Source of the DNA: Alphaproteobacteria bacterium
GTDB taxonomy: Bacteria > Pseudomonadota > Alphaproteobacteria > UBA8366
Assembly: GCA_049601975.1 (NCBI GenBank)
Contig: JBMYRC010000002.1
Span: 18,683 to 82,682, forward strand
Direction: 5' to 3'
Length of the DNA stretch: 64,000 nucleotides
In this document: positions 32,228 through 42,691 of the stretch, piece by piece
How positions within the stretch are numbered: position 1 is the stretch's first letter
Layout of the letters: each line of letters starts with the position of its first letter
Translations under genes and position numbers: made by a program
The notes under the pieces: generated by a model
The model's input: the letters and a program-made list of their open reading frames with translations, nothing else
The model's database searches: none
What the model was told of the DNA's origin: nothing

Positions 32228-33024
32228 TGGCCGAAATTCATCCCACGGCTATCATTGATAGTGCCGCAAAAATGGGTAAGAATGTAAAAATAGGGCCGTA
32301 TTGCTGCATCGGCGCAAATGTGGAAATCGGAGATGGAGTTGAGCTCAAAGCGCATGTTGTCATAGACGGTCAAACTTCGATTGGCACCGATAGTAAATTC
32401 TTTCCATTCGCATCGATTGGATTACCGCCTCAAGACCTGAAATACAGTGGTGAGAAGTCCACACTTACCATTGGCGAACGTAATATTATTAGAGAATACG
32501 TGACGATGAATCCCGGCACCGAAGGAGGGGGCCTGGAGACAAGGGTTGGTGACGACAATCTCTTCATGGTCGGCGCTCATGTCGCTCATGACTGTATCGT
32601 CGGTAATAACGTCGTCATGGCAAACAATGCGACGTTAGCCGGTCATGTGATGGTTGATGATTACGCAATCATCGGTGGTTTGGCAGCGGTCCATCAGTTT
32701 TGCCGAGTTGGCCGTCATGCCATGATCGGTGGTATGTCAGGTGTTGAGAATGACATTATTCCTTATGCTTCTGTGCTCGGCGGACGTGCCTGGTTATCGG
32801 GTCTCAATTTGGTGGGGCTGAAACGCCGCGGATTCTCAAAAGATGAAATCAAGAGTTTACGTGTTGCTTACCGTCAACTTTTTGCGGAAGAAGGCCTGTT
32901 GAGCGAACGGATCGAAGATGTCGCCGGGCAATTCTCCGAGGTCGAAGCAATCATGGAAATTGTGGAATTCATGCGGGCAGAATCTCAACGAGGATTAACT
33001 CAACCACGATCGGTAAATGGCTAA
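32227..33024 (+). CDS. lpxA: Acyl-ACP--UDP-N-acetylglucosamine O-acyltransferase
   Basis: Track ORF 32224-33024. ATG 32227 overlaps the fabZ TGA. Left-handed beta-helix hexapeptide repeats; N-terminus MAEIHPTAIIDSAAKMG. Confidence 0.92.
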   Translation: MAEIHPTAIIDSAAKMGKNVKIGPYCCIGANVEIGDGVELKAHVVIDGQTSIGTDSKFFPFASIGLPPQDLKYSGEKSTLTIGERNIIREYVTMNPGTEGGGLETRVGDDNLFMVGAHVAHDCIVGNNVVMANNATLAGHVMVDDYAIIGGLAAVHQFCRVGRHAMIGGMSGVENDIIPYASVLGGRAWLSGLNLVGLKRRGFSKDEIKSLRVAYRQLFAEEGLLSERIEDVAGQFSEVEAIMEIVEFMRAESQRGLTQPRSVNG

Positions 33025-33859
33025 TAAACTCGGTATTCTGGCTGGGGGTGGGGAACTTCCTGGGCGAATAATCGAAGCGTGCAAGACGCGCGGTCGTGAC
33101 TTTTACGTCATTGCTATAGAGGGGCAGGCGGATGCCGCCGTCATTGGCGATAACCCGCATACTTGGATCCGTCTGGGGGCAGCTCAAATGGCTCTGGAAG
33201 TCGCGCGACGCGAGGATTTCAATGAGATTGTCATGGTCGGCCCGGTAAATCGGCCATCGATTGCCGCATTACGCCCGGACCTGCTGGCAGCGAAGGTACT
33301 GGCTCGAGCCGGCGCCTCGTCGGTAATGGGGGATGACGGATTGCTGAAAGCAGTTATCGCCCAAATCGAGGAGTTCGGTTTTAATGTCATCGGCCCGGAT
33401 ACATTTCTAAAAGAAGGGCCGGATAGAGCAGGTGTCCTCGGGAAATATTCACCGGATATACCCGCAAGAACGGATATTGAAAGGGGCATACACATATTGA
33501 ATACGTTAGGTCCCGTGGATGTTGGACAAGCCGTGATCGTGCAAGACAATATCGTCATAGCGGTAGAGGCCGTGGAAGGAACGGACGCAATGATTGATCG
33601 CAGCGGGGACCTTCGACGTGACGGGCCTGGGGGTGTTCTTATTAAATTACCGAAACCTGGCCAAGAAAAGCGCGCTGATATGCCGACGGTTGGCCCACGT
33701 ACAATAGAACGAATGCACGCAGCTGGTCTTCGCGGTGTTGCTTTCGAGGCATCCAATACACTGCTGATAGATAGGGATGCGACGATCGCACTGGCTGACC
33801 AGCATGGTTTATTTGTCCTTGCACTTGATTTAAGAGAATGGGCACCGGAACCCCACTAA
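33017..33859 (+). CDS. lpxI: UDP-2,3-diacylglucosamine diphosphatase LpxI (DUF1009)
   Basis: 280 aa. N-terminus MANKLGILAGGGELPGRIIEA. Position between lpxA and lpxB is as in other Alphaproteobacteria. Confidence 0.88.
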   Translation: MANKLGILAGGGELPGRIIEACKTRGRDFYVIAIEGQADAAVIGDNPHTWIRLGAAQMALEVARREDFNEIVMVGPVNRPSIAALRPDLLAAKVLARAGASSVMGDDGLLKAVIAQIEEFGFNVIGPDTFLKEGPDRAGVLGKYSPDIPARTDIERGIHILNTLGPVDVGQAVIVQDNIVIAVEAVEGTDAMIDRSGDLRRDGPGGVLIKLPKPGQEKRADMPTVGPRTIERMHAAGLRGVAFEASNTLLIDRDATIALADQHGLFVLALDLREWAPEPH

Positions 33860-35007
33860 TCTATCTGATCGCCGGAGAGCCTTCCGGCGACGCGATTGGT
33901 GCTCGGTTGATTTCCGCGCTTAACGAATTGAGTGGTGGCGCAATCGAATTCACTGGGCTTGGCGGAGAGGCGATGAAGGTCGCTGGATTCGAGAGCCTTT
34001 TTCCGATCCAAGAATTGAGCGTTATGGGATTTGTTGAAGTTCTTCCCCACGCGAGGCGCATTCTACGCAGAATTAACGAAGTGGCTGAAGATGTTGCATC
34101 GAAACGACCGGATCTGATTGTAACGATAGATTCGCCATCGTTTTCCGCTCGTGTCGCCAAACGTATCGCGAATCTTGATATTCCCAAAGTTCATTATGTG
34201 GCACCGACGGTCTGGGCTTGGCGGGAAGGGCGAGTACATAAATTCAAACGTTATTACGATCACTTGATGGCTATTCTACCGTTTGAGCCCCCATATTTCG
34301 AAAAAGTGGACCTCCCCTGCGCGTTTGTCGGACATCCCGTTCTAGAATATGGCGCGGATAAAGGGGATGGAGACAGTTTCCGGTACCGTCATAATCTACC
34401 GGCGGCAATCCCGCTGATTTGCGCTCTACCAGGTAGCCGGCGGGGCGAAGTGGGGCGGCATATCGATATATTCGGAAAGGCTCTGGAAATTCTTGGCTCG
34501 AAGGGCCAAGACTACAATGTTGTTATTCCCACATTGTCTAATCTCTCTGAGTTTGTTCGGAAAGCGACTGCGGGTTGGCCGGTCCCCCCGGTTATCCTTG
34601 ATCGGCCCGACGAAAAATATGACGCCATGGCCGCGAGCGCCGTTTCGGTTGCCGCTTCGGGAACCGTTGCCCTAGAGACAGCGATTGCTCGCGTCCCAAC
34701 CGTCATTGCCTATAAAGTGAACCGGATAACAGGTTTTTTACTACGTCGGCTTATTCGTGTAGACTTCGTGAATATTTTGAATATTTTGGCGGACTGCGAA
34801 ATCGTTCCGGAATTTCTGCAGGAGAAGTGTAGCGCGAAAAACCTCGCTGCGTCGCTCGATAGTTTGATGGGTGAGAATGGTGACAAACAAATTTCGGAGC
34901 TAGCCCCCTATATCGTGCAGCTCCGCAACGGCACCGAGGTTCCTTCCATGGCCGCCGCGAAATATTTGCTCAGCGATGTTCTGAAAATCAATGCTGGGTC
35001 GCACTGA
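33838..35007 (+). CDS. lpxB: Lipid-A-disaccharide synthase
   Basis: 389 aa. N-terminus ..LIYLIAGEPSGDAIGARL.. Overlaps the lpxI 3' end by 22 nt. Confidence 0.9.
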   Translation: MGTGTPLIYLIAGEPSGDAIGARLISALNELSGGAIEFTGLGGEAMKVAGFESLFPIQELSVMGFVEVLPHARRILRRINEVAEDVASKRPDLIVTIDSPSFSARVAKRIANLDIPKVHYVAPTVWAWREGRVHKFKRYYDHLMAILPFEPPYFEKVDLPCAFVGHPVLEYGADKGDGDSFRYRHNLPAAIPLICALPGSRRGEVGRHIDIFGKALEILGSKGQDYNVVIPTLSNLSEFVRKATAGWPVPPVILDRPDEKYDAMAASAVSVAASGTVALETAIARVPTVIAYKVNRITGFLLRRLIRVDFVNILNILADCEIVPEFLQEKCSAKNLAASLDSLMGENGDKQISELAPYIVQLRNGTEVPSMAAAKYLLSDVLKINAGSH

Positions 35008-35008
35008 G

Positions 35009-35033
35009 AAAAAAGCCGCCCCAGAGGGACGGC
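35009..35033 (-). terminator. Rho-independent terminator of gltA
   Basis: Minus strand reads GCCGTCCC-TCT-GGGGCGGC followed by T6, 22 nt after the gltA stop. It abuts the lpxB stop codon. Confidence 0.7.
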
Positions 35034-35054
35034 CTTAAGTGCGGATGTCTTTTC

Positions 35055-36389
35055 CTAGCGTTTGTCGAGCGGAACGAACTCCCGATCAAACTCTCCAGTA
35101 TATAATTGGCGAGGCCGGCCGATTTTTTGGCTCGGGTCTTCGACCATTTCTTTCCATTGCGCGATCCAGCCAACCGTCCGCGCTAAAGCGAACAGCACTG
35201 TGAACATGGATTCCGGGAAGCCCATCGCTTTCAAGATAATTCCCGAATAGAAATCCACATTCGGGAACAATTTCCGCTGTACGAAGTAATCGTCTTCCAG
35301 CGCAATCTTCTCAAGCTCCATGGCCATTTTCAACAATGGCTCGTCCCGGATACCAAGGGCATCCAGGACCTTGTGAGCGTGCTCTTGGAGGACTTTTGCG
35401 CGCGGGTCGTAATTCTTGTAAACTCGGTGTCCAAAGCCCATGAGGCGGAAGTTATCGTTCGGGTCTTTGGCTTTAGCGAGGTATTCCGGAATCCGGTCGG
35501 CAGAACCGACTTCACCGAGCATGTTGAGGACAGCTTCGTTGGCGCCGCCGTGGGACGGTCCCCAAAGCGAGGAAATGCCAGCCGCGATGCAGGCAAACGG
35601 GTTTGCGCCGGACGATCCCGCCAGGCGGACTGTCGATGTGGACGCATTTTGCTCGTGATCGGCATGAAGGATGAAGATCTTATCCATCGCCGCAGCGAGA
35701 ACTGAATTAACTTCATAATCCTCGCACGGCACCGAAAACATCATCTGCAGGAAGTTCTCTGCATAGCCCATATCATTGCGGGGGTACATGAACGGTTGCC
35801 CGATCGAATATTTATAAGCCCATGCCGCAATGGTCGGCATTTTAGCTACCAAGCGGTGCGAGGCGATCATCCGCTGTTCCGGATCGTTGATATCCGTCGA
35901 ATCATGATAGAAAGCGGAGAGGGCGCCCACGACACCGACCATGATGGCCATTGGGTGCGCATCGCGTCGGAAACCACGATACAGATTATTCAGTTGTTCA
36001 TGCAGCATCGAGTGATAAGTGATGGTGGATTCGAACTCATGCTTATCCTTTGCGTTCGGCAGTTCGCCGTTCAACAGCAAATAGCAGACTTCCATGAAGT
36101 CACTGTGCTCGCACAGATCCTCGATCCGGTAGCCACGATGCATAAGAATGCCCGCTTCGCCGTCGATGTAAGTGATCTTGGACTCGCATGAGCCCGTTGA
36201 CGTGAAGCCCGGGTCGTATGTAAACATTCCCGTATCACGATAGAACGGTCGAACGTCGACTACCTTGGGGCCGATAGAGCCGCTCATGACCGGCATGTCA
36301 TATGTCTTACCGGTGCTATGATCTGTCATCGTTACGTATTCGTTAGAGGCGCCATCCTTGGCTTGTTTGGCATCCGTGCTCATACCCAC
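35055..36389 (-). CDS. gltA: Citrate synthase
   Basis: 444 aa. Signature [14 protein letters not shown] and ..[14 protein letters not shown].. Confidence 0.95.
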   Translation of the reverse strand: MGMSTDAKQAKDGASNEYVTMTDHSTGKTYDMPVMSGSIGPKVVDVRPFYRDTGMFTYDPGFTSTGSCESKITYIDGEAGILMHRGYRIEDLCEHSDFMEVCYLLLNGELPNAKDKHEFESTITYHSMLHEQLNNLYRGFRRDAHPMAIMVGVVGALSAFYHDSTDINDPEQRMIASHRLVAKMPTIAAWAYKYSIGQPFMYPRNDMGYAENFLQMMFSVPCEDYEVNSVLAAAMDKIFILHADHEQNASTSTVRLAGSSGANPFACIAAGISSLWGPSHGGANEAVLNMLGEVGSADRIPEYLAKAKDPNDNFRLMGFGHRVYKNYDPRAKVLQEHAHKVLDALGIRDEPLLKMAMELEKIALEDDYFVQRKLFPNVDFYSGIILKAMGFPESMFTVLFALARTVGWIAQWKEMVEDPSQKIGRPRQLYTGEFDREFVPLDKR

Positions 36390-36501
36390 TCCTTCCGTAT
36401 AAGTAGTTATTATCGAAACGATTTTGCCTTTTCGGCTTATAAGATTTCCGCTTCGAGTTTGTATTTTACTATACTATTTATGTCGAACTTCGGCAAAGTC
36501 C

Positions 36502-37917
36502 TCACTCAGATTCAAAATCTAGTAAGCTCGTAACTCGCGAGACTGATTCGTCCCGACCCAGTATCACCATTACGTCGAATATTCCTGGCGAGGCGGTCGA
36601 TCCCGTTAACGCGACTCGCAGCGGCTGGGCCAATTTTCCGAAGCCCAGTTCGAGTTCTTCCGCCCGCCTCCGAAGGCCTGCATCCAAACTTTCTTCCGTC
36701 CAATCCGAGATCGTACGGAGGGTTTCAATGATAGAGCCGAGCACCTCAGTGCCGCCATTTTTCAGTATTTTATCCGCTTTAGATTCGGTCAGTGGAAACG
36801 TCGGTGCGACCACCAGAAACAACGCCGACGCGCTCAAGTCGACTAAAGTTTTCGCGCGTTGAACGATATGCGGGACCGCTGCTTCAATTCGTTTCTCTCC
36901 AGTTGCATCAACGCCCACACTTTGAGAGGCGTTGAGGCGTTCGACGATCGCGGAGGTTATCTGCTTAGCGTCAGTCTCGCGGAGGTAGTGCGCGTTCAGG
37001 TTTTCTAATTTGGCGAGATCAAACCGTGAAGGAGAGCGGCCAACGTTTTCCAAATCAAACCATTCAATCGCTTGCGCTGTATCAACGACTTCGTCGTCAC
37101 CGTGAGACCAACCGAGCCGCAATAGATAATTCCGCAACGCTTCCGGTAAAAAGCCAACATCTCGATATTCTTGAACCGACGTGGCGCCATGTCGCTTCGA
37201 TAGCTTTTGACCGTCCGCACCGTGTATGAGTGGAATATGTGCGTATTTCGGATGCGCCCATCCAGCCGCCTGGTATAGGTGATACTGCCGGAACGCGTTG
37301 TTTAAATGATCGTCGCCCCGAATGATGTGGGTGACGCCGGCGTCATAATCGTCGACAACAACGGATAGCATATAAGTGGGTGAGCCGTCCGCACGAAGCA
37401 GAATGAAATCGTCGAGCTGCTCATGCGCGATCGTTACATCGCCTTGGACCAGATCATGGATCGTTGTCTCGCCATCAATCGGCATTTTGATGCGCACGAC
37501 CCCGGGAACGCCCTCCGGGGCTTTTTCTTCAGACTTGTCGCGCCATCGACGATCATAGAAAACGCGTTTCCCCTCGGCCTTTGCGGCCACTCGCATTTCA
37601 TTGAGCTCTTCCGGCGTGCAATAGCACTTATAAGCCATTCCCGATGAAAGGAGTTCTTCGGCGACTTGCGCGTGTCGATTCAGGCTTTGAGATTGGAAAG
37701 TCGCGTCTTCGTCCCAATTGAGACCTAGCCAGGTCAGTCCATCAAAGATTGATCTGACGGCTTCCTTTGTGGAGCGCTTTTTATCGGTATCTTCGACCCG
37801 AAGGATAAAACGTCCGTTGTGATGACGCGCGTACAACCAGTTGAATAATGCAGTCCTCGCACTTCCAATATGTAGCGAGCCAGTAGGAGAGGGCGGAAAT
37901 CGGGTTACGACGGTCAT
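36502..37917 (-). CDS. gltX: Glutamate--tRNA ligase
   Basis: 471 aa. Class I motifs PSPTGSLHIGSAR and QKLSKRHG. Confidence 0.94.
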   Translation of the reverse strand: MTVVTRFPPSPTGSLHIGSARTALFNWLYARHHNGRFILRVEDTDKKRSTKEAVRSIFDGLTWLGLNWDEDATFQSQSLNRHAQVAEELLSSGMAYKCYCTPEELNEMRVAAKAEGKRVFYDRRWRDKSEEKAPEGVPGVVRIKMPIDGETTIHDLVQGDVTIAHEQLDDFILLRADGSPTYMLSVVVDDYDAGVTHIIRGDDHLNNAFRQYHLYQAAGWAHPKYAHIPLIHGADGQKLSKRHGATSVQEYRDVGFLPEALRNYLLRLGWSHGDDEVVDTAQAIEWFDLENVGRSPSRFDLAKLENLNAHYLRETDAKQITSAIVERLNASQSVGVDATGEKRIEAAVPHIVQRAKTLVDLSASALFLVVAPTFPLTESKADKILKNGGTEVLGSIIETLRTISDWTEESLDAGLRRRAEELELGFGKLAQPLRVALTGSTASPGIFDVMVILGRDESVSRVTSLLDFESE

Positions 37918-38090
37918 TTAAAACGGTATGCTCCCAGCGAATCTGGTGCGCGACTTAGCATAGTGAAACCCCAAATGCTAATCGAGTTGTGGCTTTATTT
38001 GCAGTGCAGAGCCTATGTTCACTATTCGTCCTGGGTTCCCTAAATGAGTGTATAGGGTAGATTTAGTAGCCTAATAAGAATATTGGGCAT

Positions 38091-40172
38091 ATGAGCTTTC
38101 TATCGCGAATAGCAATGTTGCTGGATGCCGAGCGGAACCGTTGGATTCTGTGGGCGCCCGTATTCTTCGGCGCCGGGGGCGCAGCCTATTATTTGCTCAA
38201 CATTGAACCGGGGGATTGGTTGGTCCGATTTGCACATTTAATGCCCTGAGTGTTGCAATCTACTGCCGTCATATCAAAGCGGTAACCTTTGCGATGTTGC
38301 ATGCGCTTTGTTCTCGGCCGGTTTTTCGAACGTCAAATTTCGGAGTGATAGGATTAAAGCGCCGATTCTATCAGAACCTCTGGGACCAGGAATTCCCAGC
38401 GGCCGCATTTTACGAATTGAAGCGTTCCCAAAACGCCCTCCAGTGTTGCTGGATCAATTGACTTGGAGCGGGAGACATTCTCCGTCACGTCTACCTGAAC
38501 GCGTTTCGTCCGCCTCTATCACGATATAGATCAACCGATAGGAACACGCGTTGAAGGACGGGTGCGGCTAATGCCGCTACCGGGCCCCGTGTCACTGGGT
38601 GCCTATGGTTTTCGCCGAAATTCTTGGTTCGAACGCATTGGCGCGACGGGCTATTCGGTTGGACGGTATACACCTAACCAGGGGCAAGTTGAGGTTTCGG
38701 TTGCGTTATCGATACGCATCGATCGTTTTAGAGCTCGGCTAGCGTCTCATTTGGAGACGAATTTAGCAGCGCCTGAAAGGACACTCGTCATTGCATTGAT
38801 CACAGGTGATAAAAGCCGAATTCCACGAACCACAACAGAGGCAATGCGTGACTCCGGTTTAGCCCATCTATTAGCGATTGCCGGCCTCCATGTGGGTCTA
38901 GTGGCGACACTCATTTTCGTACTCGTTCGCTTCACTTTAGCTGCGATTGAGTCACTCGCATTACGAACGGATATCAAGAAATGGGCGGCGTCCGCGGCCC
39001 TATGTGCGAGTTTCATTTACTTGTTGATATCCGGAGCGACTCTTCCCACTCAACGTGCCTTTGTGACGGGGGCAATGGCTGTATGTGCCGTACTGCTTGG
39101 TAGAGAGGCAATTTCCTCCGCGTCGTGGCCATGGCGGCATTAGTAATCTTGATAATACGGCCTGAAAGTTTGTTGTGCGCTAGTTTTCAAATGTCCTTCA
39201 CCGCAGTAACGGCGCTGGTCGCATTTTATGAAATGGCATCGCCCCATATCAGTCGATTAATGAGGCCACCAATTCGGCTTCACCAGCGTATTCTGCTGTA
39301 TTTTTTAACGCTCATCGCAACAACCGTTGTCGCCGGTATCGCGACCGGATTGATTGCTTATTTTCATTTCGGGCGCATTACCAATTGGGGCCTTATCACC
39401 AATTTTATTGCCGTTCCGGTCACCGCATTATGGATAATACCAATGGGTGTGCTGGGTACTATTTTGATTCCGTTCGGTTTGGAATATTGGCCATTTTATT
39501 TCATGGCGACCGGCGTCTTTATTATAACAACGGTGGTTGGCGAAGTGGCAAGTTGGCCTGGCGCCGTAACAGTACACTCCAAATTACCGATGTCCGCGTT
39601 CCTAATTTTAATGATGGGTGGTCTCTGGCTCTGTCTGATGCGTGGTAAATGACGCTGGTCGGGAATTGCACTTATTCTTGGTGGGTTGCTTGCTATCACG
39701 CTGACACGGCGGCCGGATATACTAATTAACGATACTGGAAAGCTATTTGCCGTGAGGCTTTCCGACAAACGGCTTGGACTATCGCATACGAGCAGGAATA
39801 AATTTGCCGCGAGTAAATGGCTTCAGGAAGATAGACAGCGAAACCTGGTCCACTGGTCGCAAAACTTCGGAGATAAGCCATCTGTCCGCTGCGACGGTCT
39901 CGGTTGTTTGTATGAAATGATCGACACAAAATTGCCTTTGTGCGCCATCCCAGTGCGTTGTCGGAGGGTTGTCGGACGACAGAATTAGTCGTCGCTTATT
40001 CTTGGGGCCGAAGAATTTGCCCAAACGCAGACACACCGACGACTACCTTTCGCGACTTGCGAAAAATGGCGCATATGTGGTCTACTTAAAGCGAGATGGT
40101 CTCAAATTGTTGGCTGCAAACGACTTGCGGGGCGCTCGCCCTTGGTCTACGCGTCCTGGGCCTTTGCATTAG
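38091..40172 (+). pseudogene. comEC: ComEC/Rec2 DNA-uptake channel, multiply frameshifted
   Basis: A full-length (~690 codon) ComEC is recognisable but spread over frames 0,2,1,0,2,2,0. Pieces: 38091-38249 (MSFLSRIAMLLDAERNRWILWAPVFFGAGGAAYY..), 38308-38529, 38562-39143 (..ALITGDKSRIP..MRDSGLAHLLAIAGLHVGLV..PTQRAF..), 39125-39652, an in-frame TGA at 39650-39652, 39686-39988, and 39969-40172. Confidence 0.88.
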
Positions 40173-40873
40173 TACTTGCGGAGCAAACCAACAAGCCGAC
40201 CTTGCACTCGCACTCGATCGGGTCCAAAGATTCTTGTCTCATAGTCCTTGTTTGCCGGCTCCAGCGCAATCAACGCACCTTTGCGCCGCAACCTTTTTAG
40301 TGTGACTTCCTCGCGGTCGACCAGTGCGACGACAATGGCGCCGTTTACCGCATCCACACAACGTTGAATGATCACATGATCGCCGTCGTGAATTCCCGCC
40401 TCGATCATCGAGTCTCCTTCAACTTCCAGAGCGTAGTGCTCCCCGGTTCCGACAAGATCGGGTGGTATCTCGATTGTATTGGATTCGTCCCGCAGCGCTT
40501 CAATCGGTGTACCGGCGGCGATACGCCCATAAAGCGGGAGGTTTATTACGCCGATATGGGCTACCGGTGGCAGAGGGGTAGGTTCAGTGTATTGTTTTTC
40601 GCTCACGTCAACCAAACGCGGTGCGAAACTGGGCCTCGAGCGTTCGACCGGCTCGATATTGTCTGGAAGCCGCAAAATCTCAAGGGCACGGGCTCGATGC
40701 GGCAGGCGGCGCAAAAACCCGCGCTCTTCCAATCCGGTAATCAATCTATGGATGCCTGATTTTGATTTTAACTGCAAAGCATCCTTCATTTCGTCGAATG
40801 AGGGGGACACGCCCTGATTTTGCATTCTTTCGTGGATAAACATGAGTAATTGATGTTGTTTACGCGTCAGCAT
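40169..40873 (-). CDS. lexA: LexA repressor
   Basis: 234 aa. N-terminal wHTH ([29 protein letters not shown]), S24 peptidase domain (..[13 protein letters not shown].. and ..[10 protein letters not shown]..). Confidence 0.95.
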   Translation of the reverse strand: MLTRKQHQLLMFIHERMQNQGVSPSFDEMKDALQLKSKSGIHRLITGLEERGFLRRLPHRARALEILRLPDNIEPVERSRPSFAPRLVDVSEKQYTEPTPLPPVAHIGVINLPLYGRIAAGTPIEALRDESNTIEIPPDLVGTGEHYALEVEGDSMIEAGIHDGDHVIIQRCVDAVNGAIVVALVDREEVTLKRLRRKGALIALEPANKDYETRIFGPDRVRVQGRLVGLLRKY

Positions 40874-40949
40874 TTGTTTTCCTTGCCGAAGATGTGGCCT
40901 GTCATTCAGTTCGCACTTGCTGTGTGAACAAAACGTAAACTTAAGGTTT

Positions 40950-40964
40950 GTTCTAGTTTAGTTC
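40950..40964 (-). promoter_or_regulatory. LexA operator upstream of lexA (GTTC-N7-GTTC direct repeat)
   Basis: Plus strand reads GTTCTAGTTTAGTTC, 77-91 nt upstream of the lexA ATG. A second imperfect copy, GAACAAAACGTAAAC, is at 40926-40940. Confidence 0.7.
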
Positions 40965-40987
40965 TTTGCACGCGTCAACGAAGAAAT

Positions 40988-42202
40988 TTAGGTGCGGAAA
41001 ACGCCACTCGGCATTTTGAGCACTTCGACGCGTTCTCCAGCTGAGAGTGCAGGTGCATGAGGCGGCCTGACGATCAATCCGTCAGCATGGGTCAATGTGG
41101 CCATCATGGAGCTATCTTGGCGGTGGAATGAGCGTACCAAAGTGTCGCCACTATCGTCCGTCTCAAATGTTGCTCGCAGATAATCCTGACGCCTGTCATT
41201 CGTCGGTAAATTATCAGCAATCTTGAGAGAGAGAGTATCGCGGTCAGCCTCGATAGAGCCTTGCATGCGAGCGATGGCAGGGCGCAAGAATATCATGGCG
41301 CAGACGAGACTAGAGACAGGATTGCCGGGAAGTCCAAGGACAGGAATACCGCGGATATCTCCGAACATCAGCGGTTTCCCCGGACGCATCGCAATACGCC
41401 AGAAATTAACCTCCATACCGCCTTCACTGAGGACGTCCTGAACCAGATCGTGATCGCCGACCGAAGCGCCCCCGGTTGTCACCAACATGTCATTGCCAAC
41501 GATGCCAGATGCCATCTGGCGTAGACCTTCACGGTCGTCGGGTGCAATACCTAAGAGGACCGGCTCGGCTCCCATGGCGCGCACGAAGGCTGCCAAGGCT
41601 ATCGCATTCGAACTGACAATCTGATTGGGACCAATTTCCTGACCTGGCATGACGATCTCGTCACCGGTCGCGAGAATGGCGACACGTGGTTTGCGGTAAG
41701 TCATCAACCACGGAACATTCATGGCGGCCGCGAGTCCGACATGGCGGGCCGTCATCCGTGTTCCTGTGGGTATGAGAACGTCTCCTTCTGCAAAATCCAA
41801 ACCCGCAGGCCTAACAAAGGTACCTGCAGTGGCACCTTCGTTGATACGAACGCTGTCATCGGTTTGGGCGGTATTTTCCTGGATGACAATAGCGTCGGCG
41901 CCAGCCGGGACGGGCGCGCCAGTATAGATTCGGACCGTTTCACCTTCCCGGACTATCGCGTCGTAGGAACCTCCCGCCGGCGCATACCCCACCACTTTCA
42001 GGTCGGTCGGCACAATCTGGACATCCGCGGCCCGCACCGCGTACCCATCCATGGCGGAGACTGCCATTGGCGGCTGAGTGCGCCGGGATTTGACGTCTTC
42101 GCCTACGACCCGCCCGAAACTATCCGTGATCACGACCTGTTCGAGGGGCATCGGTTTCAACGCCGTCAGTATGCGTTCTTCCGCTTCGGCGACAGATATC
42201 AT
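40988..42202 (-). CDS. moeA: Molybdopterin molybdenumtransferase
   Basis: 404 aa. N-terminus MISVAEAEERIL...PPMAVSAMDGYAVRA, typical of MoeA. Confidence 0.9.
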   Translation of the reverse strand: MISVAEAEERILTALKPMPLEQVVITDSFGRVVGEDVKSRRTQPPMAVSAMDGYAVRAADVQIVPTDLKVVGYAPAGGSYDAIVREGETVRIYTGAPVPAGADAIVIQENTAQTDDSVRINEGATAGTFVRPAGLDFAEGDVLIPTGTRMTARHVGLAAAMNVPWLMTYRKPRVAILATGDEIVMPGQEIGPNQIVSSNAIALAAFVRAMGAEPVLLGIAPDDREGLRQMASGIVGNDMLVTTGGASVGDHDLVQDVLSEGGMEVNFWRIAMRPGKPLMFGDIRGIPVLGLPGNPVSSLVCAMIFLRPAIARMQGSIEADRDTLSLKIADNLPTNDRRQDYLRATFETDDSGDTLVRSFHRQDSSMMATLTHADGLIVRPPHAPALSAGERVEVLKMPSGVFRT

Positions 42203-42214
42203 GAAAAAATTGCC

Positions 42215-42691
42215 TTAGGTGGCATCAAATGTACCCGACATGCCGCCGGATTTGTGGAGGAGGCGGATATCGGCGATCTGCATACCGCGATCTATCGCTT
42301 TACACATATCGTAAATCGTCAATGCGGCGACCGAGACTGCGGTCAACGCTTCCATCTCAACACCGGTCTTACCGGTGATCTTACAGGTCGCGGTGATATC
42401 AACGGCATTTCGATTCGTGTCGACGGTCAATTCGACTTTTGACGAGGTGAGGGCAAGGGGATGGCATAATGGAATGAGGTCGGACGTTCGCTTTGCGCCC
42501 ATTATGCCTGCCAATTGTGCGATGGAGAGAACATCACCCTTTTTGATTTTCGCGCCGGTAATGGCGCGGAGAGTCTCGGGCTGCATCAATACCGAGCCCG
42601 TGGCCGAAGCGACCCGTTCCGTCTCGTCTTTGTCGGTTACATCTACCATAACCGCGTTACCTTGCGCGTCTATATGTGTGAGGTTGCTCAT
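42215..42691 (-). CDS. moaC: Cyclic pyranopterin monophosphate synthase
   Basis: Track ORF 42215-42772. Start moved to ATG at 42691 ([21 protein letters not shown]), which overlaps the trpC TAA by 1 nt. Confidence 0.9.
   Translation of the reverse strand: MSNLTHIDAQGNAVMVDVTDKDETERVASATGSVLMQPETLRAITGAKIKKGDVLSIAQLAGIMGAKRTSDLIPLCHPLALTSSKVELTVDTNRNAVDITATCKITGKTGVEMEALTAVSVAALTIYDMCKAIDRGMQIADIRLLHKSGGMSGTFDAT

Noticed and set aside
38017-38031. GTTCACTATTCGTCC, a near-SOS box in the gltX/comEC divergent spacer
   Set aside because: The second half-site is GTCC, not GTTC. Direct-repeat LexA boxes tolerate little variation in the tetramers. With comEC dead, its relevance is doubtful.
10267-40172. 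Pseudogenes as artefacts of sequencing or assembly errors
   Set aside because: The lesions are confined to three dispensable genes while long neighbouring essential genes (dnaE, bamA, pyrG) are flawless. Several lesions are base-substitution stop codons rather than homopolymer indels. A read-level check is still recommended.
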